A stretch of 64,000 nucleotides of DNA from Octopus vulgaris. Its lineage: Eukaryota. The notes below the pieces were generated by a model. That model was not told where the DNA came from and did not search any database. It saw nothing but the letters and a program-made list of their open reading frames with translations. Of this stretch, positions 51,647-64,000 are shown piece by piece; position 1 is the first letter of the stretch; each line of letters begins with the position of its first letter. The stretch is from NCBI GenBank assembly GCA_951406725.2, contig OX597816.1, forward strand, positions 131,812,001-131,876,000, given 5' to 3'. Made by a program: the position numbers and the translations under genes.

Positions 51647-51692
<46 letters not shown>

Positions 51693-51694
51693 AA

Positions 51695-52685
51695 AGTCAG
51701 CTGAAAAATTTATAGACTGACCAAAATACTCACATGAAGTGTGGCCAAATGAGATTTCTTTTTCAATATAGTCCCTCTTGTGGTCCACACACTTCTTCCA
51801 TTGGTGATGTTCTACTTGGATCTCATTGGTGAAGAAGCTTTCATCCTGTTTGTCAAAAATAATCAGCAGCAGCAGATATGATGTTATCATCACTGTGACA
51901 CCAGTTTCCAGCCAAGGGTTTTTTCATGTTAGGGAACAGATGATAGCCAGATGGGGCTAAATCAAAAGAATAGGGAGGCTGATCAACCATTTCAAAGCCA
52001 CAGTCACACACAACGGCTATTGAAACCAAAGGCCTGCGTGCTAGAGCATTGTCCTGATGAAACAAGACCCCTTTCATCAGTTTTTCTGGGCAATTGGTTT
52101 TGATAACCTTTTGTAACTGCTTCATCAAGTGAGAAAGATTATCATGGAAAAACCACGTTGAGAGATAGGATGGGAGGTTGGGGTACCTAGGGAAAGGAAT
52201 TGGGCAAATGACCCAGTTGTGCATATATCAACAGGAGCAAATGATGTAAGCTTTGCTTGGTAGAGAGAGTAAAAATCCTGAAAGTACTCTCCATTGTTGA
52301 TGTGGCCCTTTTGAAGACGATCAATAAAGACAATACTTTTGCATTCCCAAAAACCGAGGCTGTCAGCTTCCCTGCAGATGAAACCTTTAGCTGTCTATGA
52401 AACAGGTGAGGAGTGGTGTTTCCACTGCATGAATCGTCCTTTGTCCCAGGCTCAAAGTGATCAGCCCAACACTCATCCTGGCCTATGAAACGTTCAAGTA
52501 AACTAGCTATTGTCAGATTTTCCTGTGATGTGATCAGCTTAGTGAGCTTTTGATCAGTGTCAGAAGATATGGCAACTACTGAGCTCAAACCATTATGCCA
52601 AGCTTATTGTGCAGAATATTGTCAACTCTCTCGTGAGATATGCCAATAGCATTGGCTATTTGATTTATAGTCAATTACCTGTCAT
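51695..52685 (-). mobile_element. Degenerate mariner (DD34D)
   Basis: KGVLFHQDNALA...PPYSFDLAPSGYHLFPNMKK and SAGKLTASVF motifs in ORFs 51853-52224 and 52187-52588. Confidence 0.85.
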
Positions 52686-53501
52686 CCATGTGTCTTGTGT
52701 CTGTGTTTGTCTGCCTCACCCCCGACCACTTGACAACTGGTGTTGGTGTGTTTATGTCCCCATAACTTAGTGATTCAGCAAGAGAAATCAATAGAAAAAG
52801 TACAAAGCTTAAAAAAAAAAAGTACTGGAGTTGATACATTTAACTAAAAATTCTTCTAAGTGGTGCCCCAGCATAGCCACAGTTTAATGAGTGAAACAAA
52901 TAAAAGATAAAAGATAAAAAGTTTATTATTGCTGTTGTTATTATTAGATGGCAAGGTTTTCTTAACCAATTATTATATGCATATTAAGTACCTTTCACTA
53001 TAAAAATGATTTATTTGTGAACTAAAACCACAATTCACATTAACTTCATGATAAACAGCCCAATACAGATATCAATTTTGATATGATCTGAAAGTCTATT
53101 TTAATTATAGTGTTCTATTCACCTTATATTTCAAATATGATTTGTCTGTGTGTCATCAGCACCTTTTTATGATTGGATTCTCCAATCTGGCATGTTTTTT
53201 TATGAATGTCAGCACCATATATAGAAGCAGCACACCTGGTTGGTGAACATCATTTTGTAATCATAAGGTTTTGGTTTCAATCCCATTGTGTGACCTCTTT
53301 AGTAAGTGTCTTCTTTTACAACAGACATGGGTTTCAACCCAAGCCTTGTGAGTGAAATGGTGTACATGGAAACTGTACAGAAGCTTTTTGGATTGTAACC
53401 TGCTGTTTCAAATATAGAGCATGTGTTATGCTGATCCTGCCAGACGGTTACATTTACAGTGCATGGGTTTCGAAAAAATATACTTAGCCATCAATCAGCT
53501 C

Positions 53502-53535
<34 letters not shown>

Positions 53536-53634
53536 AACCACCACCACCACCACCATGGTATCTACATCAGTATAGCTTGTTCTAACAGAACATCCACATT
53601 TAAGTGGGGATAAATATTACAAAGACAAAGACAG

Positions 53635-53708
<74 letters not shown>

Positions 53709-54314
53709 ACGTAGCATGCTTAGATAACGACTATATTGTTAGTATCCATATAGCATCCAGTAGTTCATGGAAGGAATTGGATTCAGTGCTGCAAGTTCCT
53801 GTTATAAAGTGCTCTTACTATTTTCAGGAATAATCTGTACCCTCCCAAATCATGTCCTTTTACCAGGGATACACTAATGTACTGGTGAAGCAATACAGAT
53901 TGCTGATCCTTTTACTGAACAACTCAACCAATTGAAAATCTATAAAAAAACGAAGTCAAAACTTTTTAAACCCCCACCCCCACCCCACATTCACACACAC
54001 ATCTGCTTTTCTTGCAAGAAAGTTATTGTGGTAGTGTTGACAAGTATCGTGTTTCTTGTAAAATAGTTTAAATTTTCTGCTTCAGTTTTAAATATTAATG
54101 TACCATTCCAAAACAATATTTTCTTTACATCTGAAATTTATTTGCAATTCTTCTAAGAGTTTTATGGTGTAACAGAATACAGTTTTTTTCCTCTCTTTTC
54201 TTTTTCATTGTGTATGTCCCATGTGTTGTATGTGTGTTGTGTGTATTATATGTTCGTGTATTGTATTATGTGTTGTGTATATTATGTCTGTGTATTTGGA
54301 TATGATATTAAGTA

Positions 54315-54345
<31 letters not shown>

Positions 54346-55492
54346 GAAAGAAAGAAAATATTTAGTTGTTGTTCTATAGAGAAATAAAATAGCCACATGT
54401 AATTTTCATTTGGTTATTTTACACAAATGTTCACAGACATAAAACCCCCACTAATGCAATTTTTTTTCTTAACTGCATTAAGAAAATTGAAAGTCCAAAG
54501 TATTTTTATTTTGTTTTGACATTAATTCAACTGTGAAAATTGTAGAAAAGAAAAGAAAAGAGTTTCTTTTTATATTTTCATAGAAGTTTGTCTCAGTCTT
54601 TTTAGTTTCATTAATATTATTGCAGAATTCTTGTGAAAAGTATGTTTACACATACACAAATATGTACACATATACACCCAAACATGCGTGCATTCATGTA
54701 TGCATGAGGATTCTATTTGCAAGCATATGGACAAATATGCACACTTTCGTAAAGATTTTGCTATTGTGAGTGAAAAGTTATACAGTATAAGTATGCTTAC
54801 TGTGAGTGAAATAAATGTGTTTATTTTAACTGGTTGTAAATATTTAGTTAATGTCAACTCTATTCAAACTTCCATCATACTGATATTTTTGGTTGCTGAT
54901 GCAAAGAATAATGCAACAATTATAACCCTGTTGTTTCAGCCTAAACTTAATCATCATCCATACTTGATAAAATTCAGTTAAGTTTTTCACAAATATTTTT
55001 TAATGAGCTCTACACAACATCCAAGAGTGACTGTATTAACTCTTCATCATCACATTGCCTGCTTGTTAAATCTTTATTTCATATAATACTATAATGAAAG
55101 CAGTCATTCTTTTGGTGATATTTCAGTGTCAGTAGAGGGGAAATGGAAGGGAAATCCACAGTCTATTGGCATGTAGAATCTAGAGACTATAACTTTTCTT
55201 TTACCTTTTTTGGAGTTGAGAAAAACACTTTCATTCTGAATGGGTTGTTCTTTTATTCTTTTAATGATTTCACTTATTGGACTATGGCCATGTTAGGGCA
55301 TTGCTTTCAAAGGGGTTTTTAACAATTTTCATTGCCATCAATCTTGAGCGAAACAGAAGAGAGACAACTTGGTTTGAAATCAGACTGACAAAATCATGTC
55401 CCAAGAAAGATAGAAATATAAAGTGAAAAACAACAAACAAAAGAGTGTACAATGAAACTTAATATACCAAGCAACGAAACCAAAGCATACAT

Positions 55493-55687
55493 ATGAAGGA
55501 TGCTGAAAACTCCCTGGTTTCAAAGGTATCAGAAGCCTAACCTTTCAAGTTCTTTTACAGGGTTTAGAAAAAGTGAAGGACCGCTACAATAAATGCTTGA
55601 ATCTGAGAGGGGAATATGTTGAATAAAATCATAATTAACTGATCCTCCTGTATTTTCTTTTACCAAAAATCAGGAATTTTGCAGTAC

Positions 55688-55692
<5 letters not shown>
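55493..55692 (+). mobile_element. Mariner-derived MITE
   Basis: Homologous to 20482-20701. Confidence 0.78.
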
Positions 55693-55739
<47 letters not shown>

Positions 55740-56089
55740 ATTAAACTGCAGCCAATGCCAAGCCCTCTATCTCATGCATTTAGGCTTGAGAGAAGTGTGG
55801 AGTCACCCCTTAGTTACCATTACTCCTCAGTCCATCCTGACCCCGAATGGTAGTACCTGTCAAGGTTTTATCTAAGGGTTAAATAGGTTTCTCAGGGATA
55901 GAGAAGGCTCCCATTATTTTTGACAAAGCCATGGAGAAGGTAGCTTTTCTAGGAGAAAGAAACGCTGATATAAAACTTGCAGTCAAAATAGGACCCATTC
56001 TTACCCTTGTTACTATATTTTCATAGCAACCACTCCCCTACTAATTACATCTAGATACAAACTCTCTTGTCTATTTCTGGTATGCTCAT

Positions 56090-56620
56090 AGTACATACTG
56101 TTTCAGTGCATCTATCACATACGAAACTTGCATTCTCCATTAATCTGCTATGATTCTGCTACACCTCATGTATGTCCATAGCTTACATTGGGTACAGTGT
56201 ATGGAGTTTATGCCTACTCCTCTTCTGTATATTAAGCCAGGCTATTTTCCATTAGGAAGATTGCATCCATGGTACATCCTCCAGGCACAAAGCTATACTG
56301 CATTTCATCTAGGTCTACTCCATACTATAACTCTCCCCATGACCATCATAACCTGATCTAGTACTTTGTTTCCTTTATAATTTCTTCTGCCTTGCCTCTG
56401 AAGCAGTTTACAATGCTAGTCATTGGGTATCACACCTTCTTGTATAACATGCTTGAATATTTGGGTGGTAATCATGCATCCAACTTCATGAGATATTTTG
56501 AGCATCTCTGTAACTATCCTTGATGGATTTGCAGCTTCCCCTCTCTTTGTAATCTTGATTGCTTTATCTACCATGCTGCTATTGATTTGAATGGCTTATC
56601 TCTCTGTAGTGTCTGCGGCC
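56090..56620 (-). mobile_element. Old, deleted copy of the PHD-bearing RTE LINE
   Basis: 56106-56260 aligns with 13567-13715 (…HCTQCKLWTYMRCS…FVCDRC). Confidence 0.7.
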
Positions 56621-56689
56621 TCTCATAATAGCACTTTGACAAAGACCAAAAGTCTAACAAAAGAAATGATAGATGGTAGTGTGAATATC

Positions 56690-57240
56690 CTTCTGATGTC
56701 CCAAGAGTGATGCACACTCAGTTTCCTGCAACTGTAATGGTTTTAGTAGTGTTGAGTAATGAAGGTCACGTCATGCCAGCTCACATCTTTGCACATGGTC
56801 TCAGAATTAATGCTGTTAGATACTTTAAGGTGACGGAGACAGTTGTTTAGCCCTGGATGGATGATGTACAAACCATATATATTTCAGTACCTTCTCACAA
56901 AGCCTATGTAACCCAAGAATGAATATCAACTAATCTTTATGATCAAGTAAAAACCAAACATCTGGCCTCCAAACTTGCCAGATTTAATTCCTAAAGACTA
57001 CAACAAAAAGAAAACTAATCAGATGTTAATTGATATCCCCACAAAAGCAAAGTCTTGTTCAAGGCTGCTGTTGTCCAGATGTCTGAAAGGAATAAGGACC
57101 ATTTAGAGCAAGTGTATCAATGATTCCAGTTTGCCTGCTTGGAGGCAGTCAGCAAATCTGAATGCTAATTCATCGAATGATTTTATAGCAAAAGTTATGG
57201 AGAACATGTGCACAAATTTTTATCAAAATACATTCAATTT
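56690..57240 (+). mobile_element. Degenerate maT/DD37D-like transposase remnant
   Basis: FPATVMVLVVLSNEGHVMP.HIF..GLRINA..Y.KV and IWPPNLPDL motifs. Confidence 0.65.
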
Positions 57241-57786
57241 TTGATGGATCAGAGTTGTCTTATTAAATTATCAAATGTGTCCTCAAAATAACTCTCACAT
57301 CCTATACATGCATGTGTGTGTGTACATGTGTATGAGTGTACATATACACACACATGCACACACACACACACACGTATGTATGTATGTATGTATGTATGTA
57401 TGTATGTATGTATGTATGTATGTATGTATGTATGTGCAAGTACGTATATACATACACACATATATATTTATGAACATGAGGATTGGAGCAAGTAAAACAC
57501 AGACTTTGACTGCTTTGAAACAATTGTAGTCTGTGTTTTACCTGTTCTATTCCTTACATTTTGGGATTTTATTAGCTTTTTAGCAACTACATTTGCATGA
57601 CAGCTTCTCAGAATTCCTTTTAATTTCATTAGGGGACAAAATGTGTAACTTACAATGTTAATAAACATGCTTTATTGTATATTGTCCATCTTCTGTCATC
57701 TGTACTAGCTGTATAAATACTTAAAGCTTACTAACTTCCTACACTTGGAGCCCTGGATCATAATTTACCTATTACATGTATTCATG

Positions 57787-57863
<77 letters not shown>

Positions 57864-57867
57864 GTAT

Positions 57868-58344
57868 ATACAAGATAAGAAAATGGAGAAATACATCTAG
57901 CATTAATGAGCGGAATTTTTTTTGCCTTCACAAATTGGCATACACTTTCTCTAGATTTAAATAACATCTAATTCTTCTACCAGTAATCTTTTAGCATTCA
58001 TCTATATAGGACGGTACTATTGGTCCTTACAATTTATAATTTATAACTTTGTGTCTCCATGTATGTGTTCTACATTGATTGTTTCTGTCCCGACTGGAAA
58101 AATATACAAAAATATATGGTTATTCTGATATATGCATGATATTCGGAACCCCATAGAGTCTTTTATCGGTGTAAGGTGTATATGTGCATCTAGTTTGAGT
58201 TTTTGCTATACCAATATGTAATATGTAAGAGTCTATAATTAGTATAAGTTGTTTATCTCGATGAGCATATAAGGTGTGTTTTTTTTTTATCTTTGTGCTT
58301 TCCTTAATTTGTATTCCATTTTATTTATCTATTTATCTATACAT

Positions 58345-58379
<35 letters not shown>

Positions 58380-60118
58380 TTTATATTTATTTATTTAATT
58401 ATTTATTTTTGTTTATCTGGCACTTACTAATCTATAATTAATTTAATTTATAATTAATGAACTTATATCTAAATTAATAGTAACTTCTGTTTACTCTTTG
58501 TGTATGTATATATACGTCTTTAGATGGACAGACATATATTTTAATTTATGATTTAGAGGATGTGAGTTGAGGAGTCGGGGTGTGTGAAAATGTGTATATG
58601 GACGTATGTATGTTTTTGTACATATAGGTATGATCGTGGGTGGATGTACAGATGTATGTTTTTATTACACATAAGAGCACGCAGGTGCATATTTGGATAT
58701 GTATATATGTATATGCGAATATGTATTCATGGGTGGATATAAATATAGGTTTTAGTTGTACGTATGAGTGCACAGATATATATTTTAATATATATATATA
58801 TGTGTGTGTGTGCGAATGTTCCCTAACACAGTATATGTGAGTGTACTAATATTTATGCATATATGCGGATGTGCGTGTGAGTGTGTGTGTTAGTGTTAGA
58901 CACTGCTGCCTGTACTGATTTGTCTATAAGCCATGCGATGACAGACATGCACTCTGCATTTCAGTGAAAGTGTGGCGATGTGTAGGGGTGTATTCATGTG
59001 TGTGTGCATGTGTGTGTGAGTTTCTGTGTGGATGTGTGGGTTTAGGGTTAGATGTGGATGTGTATGTTTTGCTTGTGCGGTGTGGTAGAGGTCGGGCGGC
59101 TCTCAATGGACCAACCATGAGGAAGATAATGATAATTTTAAATTCAAATCCAATAATGTATTTATGTCATAAGGAAAATTACTAACTGGAACCCGGACAT
59201 ACTTATGTGCCAATCTGGATCCTAATGTAAGCGTTATTAATAATATTATGAATGATAATAATGGTAACATTTATTGTATTGACAACGATAATGATGCTAA
59301 CTTCAATGACACTTTAGAAATTAGTATGAAGTAATATAATGTATATTTGCATCTAGGTACTAATATGTGTATGTTTATTATCACAATATTAAGTCGAAAA
59401 ACTGAGACGTTGAATGTGGAACATATATATGTTTACTAATTTATATTATTTATTTATATCATTATGTATATGTATAGGAGTGTGAATATATGCACTCATA
59501 TGTATATGTATATGTTGTATTATGGGTATGTACCCACACCCATGTGGATATATATGTAGACTGATTTATATTACATAATCTCCGAAGAGGCCTTATGATA
59601 TTTTTGTAAATGTCTTATTTATATCTATATATTGACCTACCATAAAAGGCTAATATTGGTAAAATGAGACATACTTATCTACATGGCCGAAACAGCTGTA
59701 AGATGTAATCTATACTTATATTTATATTTACTTATATTTATATTCTCTTTTATATATATTCTACTTATTATACATCATTACTCTTTTATGTACACTTTTT
59801 TATGTACACTACTGTATGTACACTGATTTGTTCTGCTTTTTATATGTAACCCTACAGTCTCTTTTGTGGTGGTTTAATAAAGTATGTGATTGAGAATTAT
59901 CGTGTAATTGATATTTGATTTAGATGTATTTCTCCATTTTCTTATCTTGTATTAGTAATTTGTGGTAAATCATTTTACCTTTGCCCATATAATACAGTAA
60001 ATGAATTGATTGCATCGCAATCATTAACATTTATGTATTAACTTTGTTGGGTACTTCACTAGCAGTATATTGGATATATGTTATCCCATGGAGGGTTGCA
60101 TTTACAACTCATATCTCA

Positions 60119-60121
<3 letters not shown>
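57868..60121 (+). mobile_element. About 2.25-kb ORF-less Penelope-like element with 32-bp inverted head and a hammerhead, inserted in (TA)n
   Basis: 57868-57899 is the exact reverse complement of 59921-59952. Hammerhead at 59578-59704, AATAAA at 59876, (TA)n at both ends. Confidence 0.72.
59578..59704 (+). ncRNA. Type I hammerhead ribozyme variant with about 100-nt stem II (core CCGAAGA)
   Basis: AUCU-CCGAAGA-GGCC-(92-nt imperfect hairpin)-GGCC-GAAA-CAGCUG-UA-AGAU. Palindromic ACAGCUGU stem III, GUA triplet. Confidence 0.72.
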
Positions 60122-60162
<41 letters not shown>

Positions 60163-60307
60163 TGAAATAGAAAGATGAATAATCTTGTTGCAGATTAATC
60201 AAAAGTTTAACCGATACCTTGGTAGCAAAAATCACAGCAGAAGACAGCACGGTTGGAGGTACAACCATATGGTGTTGCAACCGTGCGTTGGTGCGGATAA
60301 TTGAATT

Positions 60308-60406
<99 letters not shown>

Positions 60407-60416
60407 CATATATATG

Positions 60417-60447
<31 letters not shown>

Positions 60448-60756
60448 ATATGTATGTATGTATGTATATGTATACACACACATATATATATTTAATATTT
60501 ATATCTACATTTACAAACAAACATACATACATATATAATGGAAAAATTATACAAAATGTATAAATATAAATACATATATATATAGGTGCAGGCATGACCA
60601 TGTGGTAAGAAGCTTGCTTCCCAACCACATAGTTTCAGGTTCAATCCCACTGTGTGACACCTTGGGCAAATGCCTTCTACTATAGAGTCAGGCTGATCAA
60701 AGCCTTGTGAGTGGATTTGGTAGATGGAAAACTAAAAGAAGCTTGTCGTATATATA

Positions 60757-61435
60757 TCATCATCATCGTTTAACGTCCGTTTGCCATGCTGGCATGGATT
60801 GGATGGTTTGACTGAGATCTGGAGAGCCAGTGGCTGCACCAGGCTCCAATTTGATCTTGCAATGTTTTTATAGCTGTCTTTTCTACTGCCCTTCCTAACG
60901 CCAACCACTCCGAGAGTGTAGTGGATGCTTTTTATGTGTCACTGATACAGACAAGCCTGTCATTGATCATGTTCAGATAGTGCTTTTTACATGCCTCCGG
61001 CATGGGAGCCAGTCAGGGAGCACTGACATTGGCCATGTTCGGATGGTGCTTTTTACATGTCACTGGCAAGGAAACCAGTCAATGGGCACTGGCTTCGGCT
61101 ATGTTTGGATAATGCTCTTTACATGCCACCAGCACAGGAGCCAGTCAGATGGACCTGGCATAGACCACATTTGGATGGTGCTTTTACATGCCACCAGTAT
61201 GGGAGCCAGTCAGGGGGCATTGGCCACAGCTACGATTTTGGTATTACTTGACTCAACAGGTTTTCTCAAGCATATCATATCACCCAATGCATCAAGGGTA
61301 TTCTTAAATGGGCCGGACATGCAACACTGGTATCGGCCATGGCTGTGATCTCACTTTACTTGCTGAGTCTTCTCAATCACAGCATATCTCCAAAAGTCTT
61401 AATCTCCTGTCATTGCCTCTGTGAGGCCCAACGTT
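60757..61435 (-). mobile_element. RTE-type LINE 3'UTR copy with about 5 internal tandem repeats
   Basis: Homologous to 12337-13000. Confidence 0.82.
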
Positions 61436-61441
61436 CATATA

Positions 61442-61811
61442 CAGGGTGCGGTGAATGAACTGTCATCTAAATAAGGCAAAAATGAAATAACACTGACATC
61501 GTTTTAACAGATATATTTACTAAAATCACTTAAAAATATCTTGAAATGCTAAAGAGTAAATTTATTCAATAAAAGTGCCATTGGCTTCTACCACAGCCTC
61601 CAGACGACTTTGGAATCTCCTGCAATTCTTCTGGATGGTCTTCTTGTTTAAGTTGGTGAATGCTGCCATAATCCTTACCTTCAGTTCATCTTTGGTGTTA
61701 CAAGGAGTTTTGTTGGTCTCTCACTCAACTGCATCCCACACATAATAATCAAGGGGTCGTAGTCTGGGGAGATAGGTGGCCAGATGTTAGGGGTGATGTG
61801 GTCGCAGAAAT
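61442..61811 (-). mobile_element. 3' end of a maT/DD37D-like transposon
   Basis: HITPNIWPPISPDYDPL..YYVWDAVERETNK...RFQSRLEAVVEANG. TA|CAGGGTG terminus. Confidence 0.78.
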
Positions 61812-62090
61812 ACACACACACCCACACACACAGGTATAAGTTAGAGGTGTTTGAAGCCTCTAAGAGATAGATATATCTGACTTCTTCATTTTGACGATGT
61901 CTACCATTAGCAATGAGACAAAAATATAAATATATATTTTTCTCACCATGGTAAACAGAAATGATTGCAAACAACTTCACTCTCACCCTCACCTTTATTT
62001 ACAAATTAAATAATGGCTTACTTGCACAAAAGACACACTTCTGTTTGTTATTTTTCCTCTTTTTTCTTCTCGTCTCTCTCTCTCTCTTTC

Positions 62091-62164
<74 letters not shown>

Positions 62165-62170
62165 ATATAT

Positions 62171-62210
<40 letters not shown>

Positions 62211-62380
62211 CATATCATCATCATCATCATCGTTTTACGTCCACTTTCCATGTTGGCATGGGTTGGATGGTTTGGCTGAGGACTGGTGAGCCAGAGGCTG
62301 CACCAGGCTCAGTCTGATCTGGGAAAGTTTCAACAGTTGAATGCCCTTCCTAACGCCAACCACTCTGAGAGTGTAGTGGG

Positions 62381-62613
62381 TAGGGTTGGCCAAAAGTCAT
62401 CTGACAGTAAATCAAAACAATTTAATTCCAAGATTAAAACAAAAATTTATTTTATAAGAGACTTCGCCAATAAATAGACAAATGTTGAAAGAAAAAGATG
62501 ATTTTAACTCAGCATTCAATTATTAAACATTCAAAATTGGAATGAATAAATAAAATTGAATAGTAAGTATTTATGGAGTTTTGATTTGCTCTTGGCTGAC
62601 TTTAGGCGAACTC
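62381..62613. mobile_element. Tc1-like MITE
   Basis: Imperfect TIRs AGGGTTGGCCAAAAGTCA / TGACTTTAGGCGAACTCTG. Confidence 0.55.
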
Positions 62614-62869
62614 TGTGTGTATATGTGTGTGTATGTATATATATATTTATATACACACACAGAGTTTTATGTATGTATATATATTTATATAGTCTGGTGT
62701 ATATTTACTAGATGTCTTATGTGCGATTTCTGTAAGTTGAGTCAGTTTTGTTTGTTTTGTTTTGTTTTTTGTACTGTAAGAATCATTTTTTGATGGTAAA
62801 TACTGTTTAAGAAATGGGTTTTGTATGTGAATATGTATGTGTGTGTGTGTGTGTGTGGTCTATGTTTGT

Positions 62870-63782
62870 GCAAATATAAGCAAAGGCTCCTTCTCAGTCT
62901 GCTAGTGTTTATGTATTTGTTTGTATGCTTGTATGTTTGTATGTATGTATGTATGTATATGCATATATGTATGTAAGTGGAGCTTCTTCAGTATATGTTT
63001 GTGTGTGTGTGCATGCATGTATTGGCAAGTATTTAAGTGTGTCAGTGAATGAATTTAAGAAGGGCTTCCTTCTGTGTGCACGTGTGTGTAAGAATGAATA
63101 TAAGCAAAGCACCCTTCAATGTATGTTTGGGCTCATGTGTGTATATGTAAGTAAATAAAGCCCCTTTTAAGCTGTGTTTGAATGTGTTCGTGTATATATA
63201 TGAATGTAAGCACCAAACTCTTCTTTATTACAATATATGTCTCTGTGTGCATACATGTATATGTATGAATGTAGTAAGCAAAGCTCACTTCTATGTATAT
63301 GAGTGTGTATATGTGTATGTATGTGTATGCATCCATGAATGACTGTTAAGCAAGACATCTTTCTGTGTGTTATGTTTGAGTGTGTATCTATAAATGCGAA
63401 AAATGTGCCCTTCTCTGAACGCGTATGTGTGTGCAGGAGTGTGATATGAGATGTGTGATGTGTTATATGTGTATATATGAATGTAAGCGAGAGATCTGTG
63501 TATATTTGAACCTATGTATAAATGTGTGTGTGTATGAATGTAAGCAAGGGATTTTCTGTGTATATTCGAATGTATATATGCATGTGTGTGTGTGTGTGCG
63601 TGTGTGTGTGTGTGTGTGTGTATGAATATAAACAAGGGATTTTCTGTGTATATTTGAATGTACACATTTGAGTGTATGTGTGAGCATGTGTCAGTTTGTG
63701 TGTGCGCACACATGAATGTAATAAGGTGTTTTCTATGTATACTTGAGTGAATGTACAAATCTGTGTATGCATATATATATAC

Positions 63783-63831
<49 letters not shown>

Positions 63832-63860
63832 CATATATATGTATGTAAGCAAGACACACA
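62870..63860. repeat. Degenerate minisatellite (GAATGTAAGCAAGGGATTTTCTGTGTATATTTGAATGT units) with variable TG/TA spacers
   Basis: The TGTAAGCAA/TATAAGCAA anchor recurs roughly every 55-100 bp. Confidence 0.7.
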
Positions 63861-63918
63861 CACACCCACATTTCCGTATGAACGTGTATATATATATATA
63901 TATATGCATTTAACTTTA

Positions 63919-63960
<42 letters not shown>

Positions 63961-64000
63961 TATATATATATATATATGTCTGTACGTATGCATGTATGTA

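Noticed and set aside
989-63871. Dozens of ORFs rich in YI/HT/CV/poly-I/poly-M repeats
   Set aside because: Translations of (TA)n, (CA)n, (TACA)n, (ATT)n and (CAT)n microsatellites or SINE bodies, not genes.

Overview
AT-rich, repeat-saturated eukaryotic DNA with no intact host gene that I can support. It is intronic or intergenic, and the SINE/microsatellite style suggests an Octopus-type cephalopod genome (inference). It contains decayed Tc1/mariner elements (DD34D mariner, DD40/41D-type, maT-like), RTE-clade LINEs (one with a PHD-like zinc finger inside the RT), many copies of about four tRNA-derived SINE families, MITEs (mariner-, piggyBac- and hAT-like), two Helitron-like elements and many microsatellites. 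Most ORFs in the track are microsatellite artefacts. The most interesting signal is a set of at least five mutually dissimilar, ORF-less elements. Each carries a minimal type-I hammerhead ribozyme motif, usually with a palindromic stem III. Each has an inverted or tandem duplicated terminus like a Penelope pseudo-LTR, and each ends in a (TA)n tract. One is a near-perfect 420-bp palindrome that encodes a hammerhead on both strands. A decayed Penelope-like RT thumb fragment also lies in the window. Coordinates were read by eye, so TE boundaries may be off by a few to tens of bases.
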